Shown: in pieces, positions 12,399 through 22,954 of the stretch
Layout of the letters: the number at the start of each line of letters is the position of its first letter
How positions within the stretch are numbered: position 1 is the first letter of the stretch
From: an uncultured Planctomycetota bacterium
GTDB lineage: Bacteria; Planctomycetota; Planctomycetia; Isosphaerales; Isosphaeraceae
Assembly: GCA_963737655.1 (NCBI GenBank)
Contig: CAVTTN010000002.1
Span: forward strand, 6,752,001-6,816,000
Length of the DNA stretch: 64,000 bases
Direction: 5' to 3'
Translations under genes and position numbers: made by a program
The notes under the pieces: model-generated
Database searches by the model: none
What the model saw: the letters and a program-made list of their open reading frames with translations, nothing else
What the model was told of the DNA's origin: nothing

Positions 12399-13644
12399 GC
12401 GTCGCTCCCTGGAGGATAGGCGGCCGAAGGCCCCCGGCTCGTGGGGTCATTTCATGCGCCCTGCGCGGCCCGGCCCGGCGCGTGCTCTCGTGAAACCGGC
12501 GGCAATGGTGCTGCCTGGCGCCGATGTCCGACGAGCGGGGCCGCGGGGAAGTCGGCGACGGGGGCGGGGCGAAGGACAGGCCACCACGGGAGCGTAGCAT
12601 CCCCCGCAGTGCTCCGCCAGGAGGAATCCGCCGAGGGGCCGAGGTCAGGGGCCGATCGTCACCGCCACGTGGACCCGATCCTCGAAACCCTGCTCGATCG
12701 ACTCGATGGTCGCCGCCTTGCCCAGGAGGGCCAGGTCGAGGAGGTCCGCGCGACGACGCGGGTTCGGCCTGACGCGGTCGCCGGCGCGATGCTCGGCGGG
12801 GCCGAGGTGGACGCAATCCAGACGGCGGCGGTCGATCACTTCGAACGGGTCATCCATGAGTCGGCTCCTCCGACGGAGGCCGGAGCCCATGGAACGTGCC
12901 GTGAAGCCCATGAGCTGCTCGCGGGCCAGCGATTCGGTCCTCGCAGGAGGTCGCGGGCGCGGTCGTCCACGGACATCAGGGCGTCCTTCTCGTCGTCGGT
13001 GAGGGTCATGAATCCATCCCCGCCTCGGGCCCGCGATGCCGTTCGGCGACCTCCCGGGACCAGCCCTCACCTGGCGTGCCGAGGACCGGGAGAGGCCGGC
13101 CGCCTCGGCGGATTGGGCCGGGGCTCGGTCCAATCGGCGGGATCAGGATGATTTTCAGGAACGAGGTCTTGACGGCCCGATGTCGAGGATTATGATGAGG
13201 GCGTTGATGCTCATGAGGGGCATCGAACAACCGGCTAAGGCGGCCCCGTCGTGCGAGACCCTCTCTCGCATCCACGGGGCTTGTTGTTTGCGCCTGGCCT
13301 TCCCCCGTCCGGCGACCGGACGGCGCCCGGGTCGTGGATTCGACCCGGACTCGACGGCTTCGCGGTCATGAGTGCCGCTCCCCTGGTCCCTCGGCGAGTT
13401 TCGCCGACGGGCCGATCGGAGACGGCACCATGCGGACGTTCTTCCTGAGCCTGATGGACCCGACGCCCCGTCCAGGGCCTCGGGCCCGGGCCCGCCCTCT
13501 CGCCCTGAGCGGGTCGCTCGACCTCCTCGCCGGGGCCAGGCGTCCCTCGTCCGTCGTCGATCGCCTCGACGACGCCCGCCCCTCGCCGGATCGCGACGGG
13601 GTCGGTCCCGGGAATCCGGACCCTTCATCAACGGAGTGCCAACC

Positions 13645-13893
13645 ATGCTGGTCTTGAGCCGCAAGCCCGACGAATCGCTGGTGATCGACGGGGGAATCCG
13701 CGTGACCGTCCTGGGAGTCCGGGGCGGCCAGATCCGCCTGGGGATCGAGGCGCCCAAGGACGTCCGGGTCTTCCGCGAGGAGCTCCTGGCCGCCGACCCG
13801 GCGCTCCGGGTTGCGGATCGTCGAGTCGCGGGGATCGGGACGAAGGCCAGCCCGACCCGTTCGCTGCCCCCGGCCCGGAGGACCCTGCCATGA
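13645..13893 (+). CDS. csrA: Carbon storage regulator
   Basis: MLVLSRKPDESLVI...IRLGIEAPKDVRVFREEL; GGAG RBS. Confidence 0.92.
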   Translation: MLVLSRKPDESLVIDGGIRVTVLGVRGGQIRLGIEAPKDVRVFREELLAADPALRVADRRVAGIGTKASPTRSLPPARRTLP

Positions 13894-14195
13894 ACCGCCT
13901 TCGACCAACCGACGAGCCGGTCCGCCACGAGGTCCTGACCCGGCTCCGCGGGCCGGCGACCGACGCCGGCCCGGCCGTGGAAGTCGCCGCCGAGAACGGC
14001 ATCGTGACCCTGACCGGCCAGGTCGCCTCGGCCGAGGAGCGGGCCCGGGCCGAGAGGCTCGCGGCGTCCTGTCCGGGCGTCCGGCAAGTGGTCAACCAGA
14101 TCGCGATCGATGAGCCGAGACCGACCGCCCAGGAGGAATTCGGGCTGGCGAGGGCGGTCATCGAGGCGTTCCACCCTCGCCAGGGCCCGGCCTGA
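13890..14195 (+). CDS. BON-domain protein
   Basis: VEVAAENGIVTLTGQV...AERLAASCPGVRQVVNQI. Confidence 0.8.
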   Translation: MNRLRPTDEPVRHEVLTRLRGPATDAGPAVEVAAENGIVTLTGQVASAEERARAERLAASCPGVRQVVNQIAIDEPRPTAQEEFGLARAVIEAFHPRQGPA

Positions 14196-14268
14196 GCCGT
14201 CGGCCCGAGAGATCGATCCAGGAGCCCCATCGCACTCGACTTGAAACCCCACCCAGGAGCCGACGACC

Positions 14269-15033
14269 ATGTTCCCGATCCGCACGATCCTCGCCCCGAC
14301 CGATTTCTCAAGTCCCTCGCTGTCTGCGGTCGAGCTCGCCGCCTGCCTGGCGAACGACTCCGGGGCCCGGCTGATCGTCCTGGAGGTCCGGGGCGACTCC
14401 GGGTCGGGCGGGGAGGCGCAGGCGGTCGCCAGGGATCGGCTGGGCCGCCTCTGTGCCTCGGTCGCGGCCTCGGGGCCGGTCGAGGGCCGGGCGGCGACCG
14501 GCGATCCGGTCGAGGAAGTCCTCCGCGAGGCCCGCGAGGTCCGGGCCGACCTGATCGTCCTGGGCTCGCTCCGGAGGAAGCCCTCGGATCGGCCGGGGAC
14601 CGTCGTCATGTCCGAGAGGATCACGCAGGGGGCCCAGTGCCCGGTCCTCTCGCTCCAGTTTCCGACTTCCGGCGCCGCCGAGGATCGGATGGAATGCGGC
14701 TGCGGACGCCCTCTGGCCCAGTCGGCCGGCGACGTGATCGTGCTTTATGAGTCGTGCCCCTGCACGGGCCGAGCCTCGGCTTTGGTCCATCATCGCGGCT
14801 TCCCCGAGGTCATCGGCGAGGGCTCGACGGTGGCCGAGGGGGCCGACCAGCTCGTCCGCCACCTGATCCGGGCCCGAGACCACGCTCGGGGGCCCTGGCA
14901 CCTCGACCCGATCGACCACGCCCTGGAGGACGTGGCCCTGTTCATCCGGGGCCTCCCGCTCGAAGAGGCGCCCCCGGCCCCGGCGACCTTCCGCGCCTAC
15001 GCCCCGCCCCCCCTGATCGAGGCCATCCCCTGA
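14269..15033 (+). CDS. Universal stress protein with extra Cys/His C-terminal domain
   Basis: ILAPTDFS, ADLIVLGS, AQCPVL. Confidence 0.85.
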   Translation: MFPIRTILAPTDFSSPSLSAVELAACLANDSGARLIVLEVRGDSGSGGEAQAVARDRLGRLCASVAASGPVEGRAATGDPVEEVLREAREVRADLIVLGSLRRKPSDRPGTVVMSERITQGAQCPVLSLQFPTSGAAEDRMECGCGRPLAQSAGDVIVLYESCPCTGRASALVHHRGFPEVIGEGSTVAEGADQLVRHLIRARDHARGPWHLDPIDHALEDVALFIRGLPLEEAPPAPATFRAYAPPPLIEAIP

Positions 15034-15106
15034 CCGAATCGAATCGAACCTACCCAACTCACCCACGATCGAGCCTCGAATCCTTTCTCACCGAGGAGTG
15101 ATCGCC

Positions 15107-15940
15107 ATGATGCGAAGCCTGGTGATCGGACTGGACGGGTCGGACGACGACGAGGCGGCCCTGGACCTGGGGCTCCGCTGGGCCTCGGACTACCACGCCC
15201 TGGCCGTGGGCGTGGCCGTGATCGACGAGCCCGGCATCCTCAACTCGGGCGACGTCCTGTTCACCGAGTCGTACCATCGCCCGATCGCCGCGCCTCTGCT
15301 CGCCGACGCCCGCCGCAAGGCCGGAGAGATCGAGCGCCGGTTCGTCGACCGGGCGAGGAAGGCCGGCGTCCTCTACCGGATGCTGGAATACCGGGGGACG
15401 CCCCACGTCCAGCTCGCCGAGGAGTCGCAGGGCCATGACCTGATCGTCCTCGGCCGCCGGACCCATTTCGACTTCGGCTGGGAAGACGAGCCCGACGACA
15501 CGCTCGCCCAGGTCCTCCGCTCGGGCTCGCGGCCGGTCGTCACCGCCCCTCCGGCCCGGGGCGGAGACGGCCGGGCCGTGATGATCGCCTACGACGGCAG
15601 CCTCCAGGCCGCCCACGCCGTCTTCAGCTTCGAGGCCACCGGCCTGGGCCGATCCCGGCCGGTCCACGTCGTCTCGGTCGGTCCGGACCGCGACGAGGCC
15701 GAGCGCAAGGCCGCGAGGGCCCTGGAATTCCTCCGCTCCCACGACCTCGACGCCCGGCCCGTCCCCATCGCCAGCCACCTCGCCCCGGCCGAGGTCCTCC
15801 TCGATCAGGTCGAGCGGCTCGATGCCGGTCTCCTGGTCCTCGGAGCCTGCGGCCGGTCGGTCCTCCGCGAGTTCTTCCTCGGCTCGGTCACCCGGACCCT
15901 CCTGGAAGAATGCCCGGTGCCGGTCTTCTGCGACCACTGA
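15107..15940 (+). CDS. Tandem-domain universal stress protein
   Basis: IGLDGS, IAYDGS, FFLGSVTRTLL..CPVPV. Confidence 0.9.
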   Translation: MMRSLVIGLDGSDDDEAALDLGLRWASDYHALAVGVAVIDEPGILNSGDVLFTESYHRPIAAPLLADARRKAGEIERRFVDRARKAGVLYRMLEYRGTPHVQLAEESQGHDLIVLGRRTHFDFGWEDEPDDTLAQVLRSGSRPVVTAPPARGGDGRAVMIAYDGSLQAAHAVFSFEATGLGRSRPVHVVSVGPDRDEAERKAARALEFLRSHDLDARPVPIASHLAPAEVLLDQVERLDAGLLVLGACGRSVLREFFLGSVTRTLLEECPVPVFCDH

Positions 15941-16329
15941 CCGCCCGGGCGGATCGGCTCCTCCGACCATCCCCCCTGGGGTCCTGGATTCCAGGCACGG
16001 ACATCGGCCCCCGCCTCGCCGAGGACGCCCGCCCCGGGTGGATTCCGGGGACTCCGGGGCGACCTCGCGGGGCAGGGGCGTCGTCGCGCGCGGAACGATC
16101 GTTCGACCCCGAGATCGCCGACCGGGCCGGTTCCTTCGAAGGGGCCCCTCGGCCGGGAACATTTTGGGTGCCAAGGGTTCCGTTGTCGGAATCCTTGCCG
16201 CCCAGGACGCTTCCGATGACGCTGCTTCCGTGAAAGAACCGGCCCGGGGATTCCCGACTCGGCCCCTTCCGTCGCGCGCTCGGCTCCGATACCATCGAAC
16301 GGCTTCGAAATCGCGACGACGGCCGCGAG

Positions 16330-16776
16330 GTGGCCCCCGTGTCGCTGGACCTGACCGAAGATTTCTTCAACCAGTTCGAGGCCCTCCGACGGGAGAACGC
16401 CCGCCTCCTCGCCGGTCAAGGAGCCGGCGGCCCCAGGCCGCCCGATCCCGTGATCCCGGCCGAGGATCTGGCCACGCTCCGGGAAGAGCGGGACCAATGG
16501 CGGGAACGCGCCCTGAAGGCCGAGGCTGAACTCGAAGTCGAGGAGACCGTCACCCCGCCCGATTCGGTGATCTCGGCCGAGGATCTGGCCACGCTCCGGG
16601 AAGAACTGGCCCAATGGCGGAAGCGAGCCTTGAAGGCCGAGGCCAAACCTTCGGCCGAAGTCCTCCACTCCAGGCTGCACCTGGCCCTCGATCGCATCGA
16701 GAACCTGGAACTCGACCTCCTCGCCCGAGACCGACGCATCCTCGCCCTGGAAGGGGAGCTCTATGGAGGACACTGA
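16330..16776 (+). CDS. Small coiled-coil protein with internal duplication
   Basis: VI.AEDLATLREE..QWR.RALKAEA twice; overlaps next gene. Confidence 0.6.
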   Translation: MAPVSLDLTEDFFNQFEALRRENARLLAGQGAGGPRPPDPVIPAEDLATLREERDQWRERALKAEAELEVEETVTPPDSVISAEDLATLREELAQWRKRALKAEAKPSAEVLHSRLHLALDRIENLELDLLARDRRILALEGELYGGH

Positions 16777-17941
16777 TGCCATCTCGGCAACCCACGCCAA
16801 CGCCCCTCCCGCATCAGGGGACGGCCCGGCCCCCTTCGTCCCGCCCCAGAAGACCTGCCCGGAATGCGGAGACGCCTTCGACCTCGCCTTCGACAACACC
16901 GTCAAGCTCCCCGGGGCCGATTGCACGGTCTATTATTGCGACCGCAAGCACGTCTTCCTGGAGACGGACAAGGGCGAGGTCCGCGTGCCGATCTGCTCCG
17001 TGGCCGACCCGAAGGCGAGCCTGACGGCGTGGTCGAAACGGGCCGAGAAGACGGGCGAGACGATCGCCGAGAACGCAGCCAGGAAGGCCAGGGAGGCCGT
17101 CGAGGGCCAATGGGACAGGCTGTCCCGGGCCCTTCGCCAGGAGCTCGACCTGGCCGGGATCAGGAAGCAAATCGAGGACGACCAGAACGGACGAACCCTC
17201 GCCGATTCGGCGTTCAAGGACGAACTCACCAAGGTCCTCTCGGCCAACATCTCGGGGACGTATCGCGCCATCGCCAACGACGTCGAGAAGGCCCTCAAGG
17301 ACGCCCTGGAGAAGCTCGGGACCAGTCACATTGCATCGATGAATACTCACTCCGCGAGCCTTGAAAAGTTATTCAAGAACTACTATGAGCCGATCCTCGC
17401 GAAAGTGGAGGTCCAGGCCAGGCTGGCCCAGGAGGGCCGGACGGACCTCTCCCGGGTCAAGGAGCTGACCACCGAACTCGCCGGGCAGGGATCGACCCTG
17501 GAGACGAAGGTCCTGCCGGGGATCGAGCAACTGATCGGCCGGGTGGAGACGCTGGAAGGGCTGGAAGATCGGATCAAGAAGCGATTGCGCCAGGCGCTCC
17601 ACGAGCGAGACCTCCTCGCCGGCCAGATCAGCCTGAAGGATGACGTCCTCCCCCTCTTCGACGCCCTGGACAGGGCCCGCGACGGCGACGGGCTCGCGGC
17701 CATCCGCGACCAGTTCGCCCGCTGGCTGGCGATCCGCGGCATCGACGAGATCAAACCCGACCCGGGCACGCCCTACGACGACGTCCGGCACTGGATCGAC
17801 TCGACCGAGCCGACCGACGACCCGGCACGCCACGATCGGATCGCCCGGATCCTCACCCCCGGCTACCTCTGGAACGAGAAGGTCGTCAGAAAGGCAAAAG
17901 TCATCACGTATGGCCATGACAGGGGGAGTGCGCGATCATGA
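16763..17941 (+). CDS. Coiled-coil protein with C-terminal GrpE-like domain
   Basis: DVLPLFDALDRA...PGTPYDDVRH...ILTPGYLWNEKVVRKAKV; N-terminal CPEC. Confidence 0.75.
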   Translation: MEDTDAISATHANAPPASGDGPAPFVPPQKTCPECGDAFDLAFDNTVKLPGADCTVYYCDRKHVFLETDKGEVRVPICSVADPKASLTAWSKRAEKTGETIAENAARKAREAVEGQWDRLSRALRQELDLAGIRKQIEDDQNGRTLADSAFKDELTKVLSANISGTYRAIANDVEKALKDALEKLGTSHIASMNTHSASLEKLFKNYYEPILAKVEVQARLAQEGRTDLSRVKELTTELAGQGSTLETKVLPGIEQLIGRVETLEGLEDRIKKRLRQALHERDLLAGQISLKDDVLPLFDALDRARDGDGLAAIRDQFARWLAIRGIDEIKPDPGTPYDDVRHWIDSTEPTDDPARHDRIARILTPGYLWNEKVVRKAKVITYGHDRGSARS

Positions 17942-19723
17942 GCCTTGGAATCCCGATACTTGGCCTGGATCTCGGCACGAGCACCTGCCTGGGCTGCGCG
18001 ATCCGGGACGGCCGGCCGCAGTTCATCCAGCCCGATCGTTTCTATTATCCGGCCGACTACTCGGGCGACCTGGCCTATCCCGAGTTCATCATGCCGTCGG
18101 TCTTCGCCGTCCATTCCCAGCTGGGCTACCGGACCGGCGAGAGGGCCCTGGAGCAACTGAGAAGAGACCCGAAGCTCGGCCGGGACATGGTTTTGGGGGT
18201 CAAGCGGGACCTGGTCATGGAGGGGCACCGGGTCTATCATCTCGGCCCGTCGAAGGAGGCGTTCTCGCCGTCCCGGATCGTCCAGCAATATGCGTACGTC
18301 CTGCGGGTGGCGGCCGAGAAGCAATGGAAGCTGGGCGAGGGGTCGATCACCGGGGCCGTCGTGGCGGTCCCCACGGCGTTCGGCTCGGTGGAGCGCCTGG
18401 CGACGCGGAAAGCCTGCGAAAAGGCCGGCCTGAGCCGCGTGGAGTTCCTGGACGAGCCGGTGGCCGCCGCGTATTCCCTGAAGCTCCAGGAGGAGGCGAA
18501 GAGGCGGCTGATCATGGTCGTGGACCTCGGCGGAGGGACGCTGGACGTGACCCTCCTGGCCGTGGGCAAGGGGGTCGGGGAAGGGGGGTTCGACGAGCTC
18601 GGCCGGGACGGCGACCCCCGGCTCGGCGGCCTGGACTGGGACCACGAGATCGCCGCCGCCATCGCCCACTCCCAGACGCTCCGCCCGGCCCTGCCCGAGG
18701 ACCTGTTGCGAGACATCCTCCGCCGAGACGATGACCTGAACCGTCGCGACGACGACGACCAGGCCCTGGAACGCGCCGGCCTGGTCCGCTATATCCGCCA
18801 GATCCTCTCCGAGGCGGCCGAGGGGGGCAAGAAGGAGTTCTTCGAGCAGTTCCGGGGCGTCAGCCCCAAGGTCCGGGCCCAGAAGCTGGCTTCGCCCCTG
18901 GAACTCCGGGCCAGCCCGAGCGTCGGCGGCGATCTCTCCAGGGAAATCCCCGGCTTCCCCGAGACCATCCCGACGGTGAAATTCCCGGGGCCGAACTACC
19001 TCAAGCGCACCGCCCCCCTGGTCCAGAGGTGCCTGAAGATCTGCGAGCGAGTCCTGAAGGACGCCTCGGCCGACACCGGCCAGGCCCTGACCTGGAACGC
19101 CCTGGACCGCGTGTATCTGGCCGGCGGAGGGGCGTTCATGGCCAGCGTCGTCCAGGCGTTCGCCGACGTCCTGAAGGACAACCCCAGGGTCACCGAGCCC
19201 TCCCTGGCCGACCAGCCCCAACAGGCCGTGGCCCTGGGCGCCGCCCTCTGCGCCGAGGAGATCCGCAACGGCCGAGAAGTCTTTCACCTGAACAAGAAGC
19301 GATGCCCCCGAGAGGTCGGCCTGCTGATCGACGACGGCGAAGGATCCAAGGACTTCCTCACCCTGGTCCCCCGCCACGCCGCCATCCCCTTCGCCGAGCC
19401 CCCGGACGCACACCCAACCCGTGAACTTCCCCGAGGACTGGAACGGCCGGCTGAGGATCGACGCGGCCGAGAGGGTCGATCCCGAGAACCCTTCCAAGCT
19501 CGTCATGTTCCCCCCATTACTCCTCCGACACCCCCCCTCGGACGCCGCCCGGCCGGAGTGGGCCACGGTCTCCGCCGAGGCCCGGATCGACGGCGTGATC
19601 GACCTGGACATCCGTTGGGGCAACCAGTCCGACACGATCCGCGTCGACATCGACCCCGTCCGCCGGGCGGCCCCGGAGGCCAACGGCCACGCCCACCCGG
19701 TCGACGAAGCCCTCCGACGCTGA
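17938..19723 (+). CDS. Divergent Hsp70-family protein, frameshift near 19420
   Basis: GLDLGTS, VVAVPTAF, LDEPVAAA, VDLGGGTLDV, LGGLDWD, YLAGGG, AVALGAA; plausible C-terminus in ORF 19421-19723. Confidence 0.85.
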
Positions 19724-19864
19724 GCCCCGAACTGGCCCGTCCTAGGAGAATGGGAAACCTGGAGGGTCTGAGTAATTTGTTTGCCCGACCCATGCCAAAT
19801 GGTTAAGGTGGGACGCGACGACGACCGCTTCGGCGAGGCCCTCGGGACGAGGTGGACACCCATC

Positions 19865-22747
19865 ATGAGCGGCGAGCATCCGGCGCAGGCGGGCCCCGGG
19901 GACGACGGGCCGGACGGGGCGAGGAAGCCCCTCGACAAATCGACCGGACCGGGCGACGGCTCCGAGACCCAACCCGACCTGGATTGGGAATCGGACGTCT
20001 CGGACTCGCTCGACGACGTGTTCCCCCTGGACTTCCTTTCGACGGGGCCGTCCCAGGACGCCGGGCAAACCGACTCCGCCGAGGACGAGCCGGACGTCCA
20101 GGACGCCGAAATCTGGGCCGAGACCGGCGAGGACGAGGAGATCCTGGACGCCCCCCTGGTCGAGGACTTCGACGACGGCCCCGAACACCCCGCCTCCGAG
20201 GGAGTGGATGCCGTCCTCGGCAAGTCCCGGCCGTCCGGCGAGGGCGAAGCCGTCGCGCCCCCCAGCCCGAAGGACGCGACGCTGAAAAGCGGCTCGACCA
20301 CCGCGAAGGATGCGACGCTGAAGAGCGGCTCGGCGACCTCGAAGGACGCGACGCTGAAAAGCGGCTCGGACGCCTCGAAGGATACGACCCAGACCGAGGA
20401 TATGGAGACATTCTCCGAAGGCGGATACGCCACCCTCGGCAAACGGCGCATCGCGACCGATCCGAGGGAACCGGTGATTCCGACGCCCCCACCTCCGCCT
20501 CCTCCGCCGGAGGATGAGAAGAAGACGCCGCCCCGCGTCCTCCCCCTCGCGGCCTCGCTGGTCCTGGGGGCGGTCACGGCCGGCGGGGGGATGGGGTTCT
20601 GGGCCTGGCAGGAGTCCGGCAAGCAGGCCGTCCGAATCCAGGAGAGCCAGAAACGGGAGCAGGACGCCAGGGCCCAGGCCGAGAAGGCCGAGAAGGAGCG
20701 GAAGGCAATCGCCGACAAGGCCCAGGATACTCTCGACGCCGCCAAGAAGGACGCGGAGGTCAAACTAGCCCAGGAACAGAAGCTCACCAAAGCGGCCAAC
20801 GAAGTCGCCGAACAGGCCCGAAAAGACGCCGCGGCGGCCAAGACGCAGGAAGAGATCGCGACCCAGCTTGCGAAGACGGCCAAGGAGCAGCAGGAGGAAG
20901 CGGATGCGAAGGCGGAAACCGCCCGTCATCGCGCGACCTTACTCGCCGATCGCTCGGCGGAGGGTCGGGCCAAGCTCGCCGAGGAGACTAACGACCCGAA
21001 GGAGGCCGCGGGCCATCACCTCGATGCCGCCGACCGTTTTCTGATCGCCGGAAAGCTCGACGAGGCCATCGCCCAGGCCACCAAGGCCCGCGATCGGGCC
21101 CAGAAGGCACAGGACCCGGCCGCCGAACTCGACTCGCTGTTCCTGCTCGTGGCCTCCCTGGAAAAGTCCGGCCGCCTCGAGGATGCCAGGGCCCTCTGCG
21201 ACAAGGCCCAGGCCGTCGAGGGCGGCGACCCGGCGAAGAAGAGCCGCCTGAAGAACCTGGGCGGCTACCTCGACTCGAAGAAACGGCGGGCCGAAGCGGC
21301 CAAGACCGGCGGCAACTCCCTCGGCTCGGCGCGGAGAGGCAGGCCCTCGACCCTGGTCCTCGTCCTCGCCCAGGCCCCGCCCCATGAGCTGCCCAAAGCT
21401 ATCGAGGACGAGTTGAAGGCCGCCCTGGCCGAGGTCCGGGACGACAATCCCGAGTCCTTCGCCCGGGCCGCGAGCCTGGAGATCGAGGCCGGCAACTTCT
21501 TCGCCAAGGACCAGCCGGCGAAGGCCCGGCCGCATTTCGAGGCCGTCCTCTCGCTGGCCCGTCGGGGCCTCTCGGCCTGTGCGGTCCTGGCCCTCTCGGG
21601 AGAGCGGGGCTCCACGATCAACTCCCTGATCCAGACACTTGACGCCGACTCCAAAGAGGCCGACCAGAAGCTCGCCCAACTGCCGGCCCCCACCGACCTT
21701 GCCGGCCAGTTGAAGAAGGCCAAGACGGAGCGCGACAACCTGGAAAAGTCCGAGAAACGCCTCGCCGACCTGGCCGAGCAGATCGCCTCCATGCCCGTCG
21801 GCGAGCGAAAACGCCTGGCCGAGCCGATCCCGGTTCAAAGACTCGACCCGTCGGACAACTCCAGGGAATCGGAAAAGTCCAAGCAATGGCGAGAACAGCT
21901 CTCCTCGGCGGTCTCCGGGGTGATCGCCGAACGGGCCAAGGCCGAGAAGGAGCGCGACAACCTGGAAAAGTCCGAAAAACACCTCGCCGACCTGGCCGAG
22001 CAGATCGCTTCCATGCCGGTTGGGACGCAAAAGCTCCTGGACGGGGCGCTTCCAACCCCGGATCAGAGGCTCGACCCATCGGACAAGTCCAAGGAATGGC
22101 GGGTAAGACTCTCCTCGGCCGTGAGCAAGGTCATCAACGATCGAGCCAAGGCCATCGCCCAGCGGGCCGAGGCCGAGAAGGACCGAGACCAGGCCCGAGC
22201 CGCCTTCGCCGATCGCGCCTCCTGGATCAAGACGGCCCAGGACATCGCCGGGCTCGTGGCCTATGCGACGCCCATCCCGCCCACCACCGCCGGGACCCTG
22301 GAATCGGCCGTGAGTCTCCCGTGGCGAGACGGGTTGGTGGCTCAGGTCCGCCAGGCCCTGGACAAGCGCGGGTCTCCCGTCGCAGGCTCGTCACCGTCGG
22401 TCCAACCCTCATTGCAGAACGAGGTTGCGGCGGAGGCCGAGTTCCTCAGCGGGTGGGACCTCTCGGACCGAGGACAATTCGGCCCAGCCGAGCAAGCGTT
22501 TTCCCGAGGCGGCCGGCTCCTTCCCGCAGAGCCGAAGTTTGCCTATTTCCGCGCCCTGGCCCTGCATGACGCCGGGCGGACCGCCGAGGCCGAACTGGCC
22601 GCCCGCCAGGGTGCCGCCCTGGAATGGGCCCGAGGCCCCGCGACCTCCTCGGTCGATGGCGACCTGATCCGTGTCCAGGGACCCCGGCGGCTCTGGCTCG
22701 AATCGTTCCGGACCACCGGACACGCCCCCGTCGGCGCCTCCTGGTGA
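19865..22747 (+). CDS. Large membrane-anchored coiled-coil/TPR protein
   Basis: Acidic disordered N-terminus, polyproline, one TM helix, long coiled coil, duplicated ERDNLEKSEK.LADLAEQIASMPVG, TPR-like end. Confidence 0.7.
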   Translation: MSGEHPAQAGPGDDGPDGARKPLDKSTGPGDGSETQPDLDWESDVSDSLDDVFPLDFLSTGPSQDAGQTDSAEDEPDVQDAEIWAETGEDEEILDAPLVEDFDDGPEHPASEGVDAVLGKSRPSGEGEAVAPPSPKDATLKSGSTTAKDATLKSGSATSKDATLKSGSDASKDTTQTEDMETFSEGGYATLGKRRIATDPREPVIPTPPPPPPPPEDEKKTPPRVLPLAASLVLGAVTAGGGMGFWAWQESGKQAVRIQESQKREQDARAQAEKAEKERKAIADKAQDTLDAAKKDAEVKLAQEQKLTKAANEVAEQARKDAAAAKTQEEIATQLAKTAKEQQEEADAKAETARHRATLLADRSAEGRAKLAEETNDPKEAAGHHLDAADRFLIAGKLDEAIAQATKARDRAQKAQDPAAELDSLFLLVASLEKSGRLEDARALCDKAQAVEGGDPAKKSRLKNLGGYLDSKKRRAEAAKTGGNSLGSARRGRPSTLVLVLAQAPPHELPKAIEDELKAALAEVRDDNPESFARAASLEIEAGNFFAKDQPAKARPHFEAVLSLARRGLSACAVLALSGERGSTINSLIQTLDADSKEADQKLAQLPAPTDLAGQLKKAKTERDNLEKSEKRLADLAEQIASMPVGERKRLAEPIPVQRLDPSDNSRESEKSKQWREQLSSAVSGVIAERAKAEKERDNLEKSEKHLADLAEQIASMPVGTQKLLDGALPTPDQRLDPSDKSKEWRVRLSSAVSKVINDRAKAIAQRAEAEKDRDQARAAFADRASWIKTAQDIAGLVAYATPIPPTTAGTLESAVSLPWRDGLVAQVRQALDKRGSPVAGSSPSVQPSLQNEVAAEAEFLSGWDLSDRGQFGPAEQAFSRGGRLLPAEPKFAYFRALALHDAGRTAEAELAARQGAALEWARGPATSSVDGDLIRVQGPRRLWLESFRTTGHAPVGASW
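20269..20382 (+). repeat. In-frame tandem repeat encoding KDATLKSGS x3 (36-bp unit)
   Basis: gaagga(c/t)gcgacgctgaa(a/g)agcggctcg three times. Confidence 0.85.
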
Positions 22748-22954
22748 GGCTCGCCCCGGGTCGATCCATTCTCAAGGCGGGAAAGACTTTCCGCGTCTCG
22801 AACCCTCTCCCCCGCCTCGGGGGAGGGGGCGTCGGGAGGCCCGGGTTTCACCGACGAATCGACCCGGAAGGTCCGCCCCACCCCCTCGCAACCGGCCGAC
22901 CTCCCGGTTAAGCTCTCGGGGACCAGTCCCCTCCGGTGGCGGGAGGCCCTGCCC

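Noticed and set aside
12645..13133. Minus-strand ORF with GDRVRPNPRRRADLLDLAL...VHVAVT segment
   Set aside because: May be a gene remnant, but start, end and family cannot be supported by eye.
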